Shown here piece after piece: positions 23,572-25,345 of a stretch of DNA of 25,345 bases. The notes below the pieces were generated by a model. It made no database searches, was not told the DNA's origin, and was given only the letters and a program-made list of their open reading frames with translations. A program made the position numbers and the translations under genes. This stretch comes from a virus (Duplodnaviria; Caudoviricetes), in the IMG/VR virus record IMGVR_UViG_3300032073_000226, positions 1 through 25,345 of that record. One strand, 5' to 3'. Position 1 is the first letter of the stretch. Every line of letters begins with the position of its first letter.

Positions 23572-25345
23572 ATGGCACTTATAATAGCAGACAGAGTTAA
23601 AGAAACTACTACAACTCAAGGAACCGGCACGGTTACTCTTGGTGGTTCTACCTTTGGGGGTTTTCAGTCATTTTCTGACTCTATAGGTGAAGGGAACTCA
23701 ACTTACTATTGTATACAAAACGGTTCTGATTTTGAGATCGGTGTTGGTACTTTTTCCTCTGGAGCTTTAAGCAGAGACACTGTTCTTCAAAGTTCTAACT
23801 CAGATAGCAAGGTAAGTCTAGTTGGTGTATCTTTAGTTTTTGGAGTTCTTCCTGCTGAAAAAATAGTATTTAAAGATGAAAACAATAACGCACTATTCCC
23901 TACACCAACTGTTTTTAGAAGATCCGACAGTGGTGATTATTGGCAAGCATTTTCTACTGACGTTCCCTCAAGGGTAGTTTCCTTTCATGTAACTGAATCA
24001 ACAGACGCTCAGTGGAAAATAGGTTTAAAGACTTCTAGTACTGATACTTTAGAACCTTCTTATGGATATATTACCGCCAAAGAAGGATTTGTGGAGGTAA
24101 AAGGTTCTGCTCTTTCATTTTTAAATATAGGTCAAGAAAACGATGAAGGACTAAAGGTTTCACACAACCTCACAGACATCGTTCACCTAAGAAAGAATGG
24201 CGGCGAGATAACTGTAGAAACTCTGTCTTTAAACAGTACTAATTCTACTAAAATAAAAAATACTTCAATTTCCAATCCTGTGCTTGAAGTTGAGTCTGCC
24301 GTCAGTCATGCTTCAGACCTCCAGACATGGAATGTCGCAACCACAGAAAAAGCAAGTATAGATAAGGATGGTCATTTTCAAACCGTTGGCGATGTCATAT
24401 CTCCTAGTGGTAAATTTTCTTCAGTAAGATTTAGTGACGCAACGATTCAGACTACAGCAGCGCTCCCTTATTCCAGCGGTTCTCTTATAGAACAAAACTC
24501 TGAAAACATTGCTTCCCATAGTGGTTATTTCGAGAGTAGAATTGATTTAGTAGATACAAATATTACCTCTCATAGCGGTTACTTTGAAGCTAGAAGTGAC
24601 TCAATAGATGCAAATATTGCTTCTCATAGCGGTTATTTTGAAAGCAGAACAGACACTTTAGATACTAAAACCAGTTCAATTAGTGGATACTTAGAGTCAT
24701 ATGCTAATCTGAAAGATGTAACTTTAAGCGGTTCTTTACAACCACAGATAACTCAAAATATTTCTAATATATCTAGTAACGCTTCCGATATAGTAACAGC
24801 ATCTGGGGCGCTTCGTTCTAGCATAAACCAGAATTCAGCAAATATAACAACTGTGTCCGGTTTATTATACGATGACTCTTCTTTGTCTGGATACTTTGAG
24901 ACTAGGGTTGACTTAGCAGACACAAATATAACCGCAAACACTAATCTTATAAACTCTGTTAGTGGTTGGGCTGGTTACACAATAACAAACGAAGTTGCTA
25001 GTCTTGTAGATAGTGCGCCAGAAGCTCTAAATACCCTTAATGAGTTAGCTGCTGCTATAAATGATGATGCTAGTATTGCGTCTACACTAACTAACTTGAT
25101 TACTAACACTAGCGGTAACTTACAAGGTCAAATAACCAGCAATGACTCTGACATATCGCAGTTAAATATAGATATTATAACTGTTTCTGGGTTACTTTAC
25201 GACGACGCTGCCATTTCCGGGTATTTTGAATCTAGAGCGGACTCTGCGGATTCTGACATAGCAACCGTGTCTGGATTACTATACAGCGATGCTTCTCTGT
25301 CTGGGTATTTTGAAAACCGAGTTGACTCTAACGAAACTAATATAA
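23572..25345 (+). CDS. Tail-fibre-like protein with SG repeats, partial (absent from the ORF track because it has no stop in the window)
   Basis: Frame checked open to the window end. MALIIADRVKETTTTQGTGTVTL...TYYCI...EIGVGT...LSRDTVLQSSN is a widespread phage fibre N-terminus; LVDSAPEALNTLNELAAAINDD is a fibre motif; SGYFE repeats. Confidence 0.85.
   Translation, partial: MALIIADRVKETTTTQGTGTVTLGGSTFGGFQSFSDSIGEGNSTYYCIQNGSDFEIGVGTFSSGALSRDTVLQSSNSDSKVSLVGVSLVFGVLPAEKIVFKDENNNALFPTPTVFRRSDSGDYWQAFSTDVPSRVVSFHVTESTDAQWKIGLKTSSTDTLEPSYGYITAKEGFVEVKGSALSFLNIGQENDEGLKVSHNLTDIVHLRKNGGEITVETLSLNSTNSTKIKNTSISNPVLEVESAVSHASDLQTWNVATTEKASIDKDGHFQTVGDVISPSGKFSSVRFSDATIQTTAALPYSSGSLIEQNSENIASHSGYFESRIDLVDTNITSHSGYFEARSDSIDANIASHSGYFESRTDTLDTKTSSISGYLESYANLKDVTLSGSLQPQITQNISNISSNASDIVTASGALRSSINQNSANITTVSGLLYDDSSLSGYFETRVDLADTNITANTNLINSVSGWAGYTITNEVASLVDSAPEALNTLNELAAAINDDASIASTLTNLITNTSGNLQGQITSNDSDISQLNIDIITVSGLLYDDAAISGYFESRADSADSDIATVSGLLYSDASLSGYFENRVDSNETNI
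24505..24693 (+). repeat. 54-nt (18-aa) tandem repeat
   Basis: NIASHSGYFESRIDLVDT / NITSHSGYFEARSDSIDA / NIASHSGYFESRTDTLDT / KTSSISGYLES. Confidence 0.85.

Noticed and set aside
2032-24941. Numerous short antisense or off-frame ORFs inside large genes (e.g. 11605-11934, 12882-13292, 19683-20075, 24753-24941)
   Set aside because: They are fully nested opposite well-supported genes, and their composition mirrors the sense-strand codons.
14488-25345. Diversity-generating retroelement TR/VR pair among the fibre repeats
   Set aside because: Repeats differ at synonymous positions of all bases rather than only adenines, and there is no reverse transcriptase in the window.
1-25345. Stop-codon reassignment, tRNA or rRNA genes
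   Set aside because: TAA, TAG and TGA all end genes at tight junctions with high coding density. No cloverleaf or rRNA-like sequence was recognised by eye.

Overview
This window is a segment of a large, AT-rich tailed dsDNA phage genome (Caudoviricetes-like, standard genetic code). Bases 1-1240 hold minus-strand micro-ORF cassettes (missed by the ORF track), three behind near-consensus sigma70 promoters, plus tandem 25-bp palindromic sites. From about 2.0 kb a plus-strand late/morphogenesis region follows: sigma-factor-like gene, HTH/coiled-coil gene (possible TerS), GDP-mannose 4,6-dehydratase (gmd), HNH nuclease, ERCC4 nuclease, ClpP-like protease, large terminase, portal, protease-scaffold (with a nested in-frame scaffold start), decoration protein, major capsid protein and terminator. 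Next come large fibre/adhesin-like proteins and a glycosyltransferase. The most interesting inference is a phage-encoded virion O-glycosylation system: late-coupled gmd, a GT-A enzyme with the DxH/GGE/HxF motifs of polypeptide GalNAc-transferases, and neighbouring fibre proteins with periodic Ser-Gly dipeptides (about 70 in one protein). A recurrent GTGTATAnT motif precedes late genes and may be read by the phage sigma-like protein. A Planctomycete-style dockerin module hints at a Planctomycetota host. All product calls are by manual motif recognition and gene order; no database search was run.
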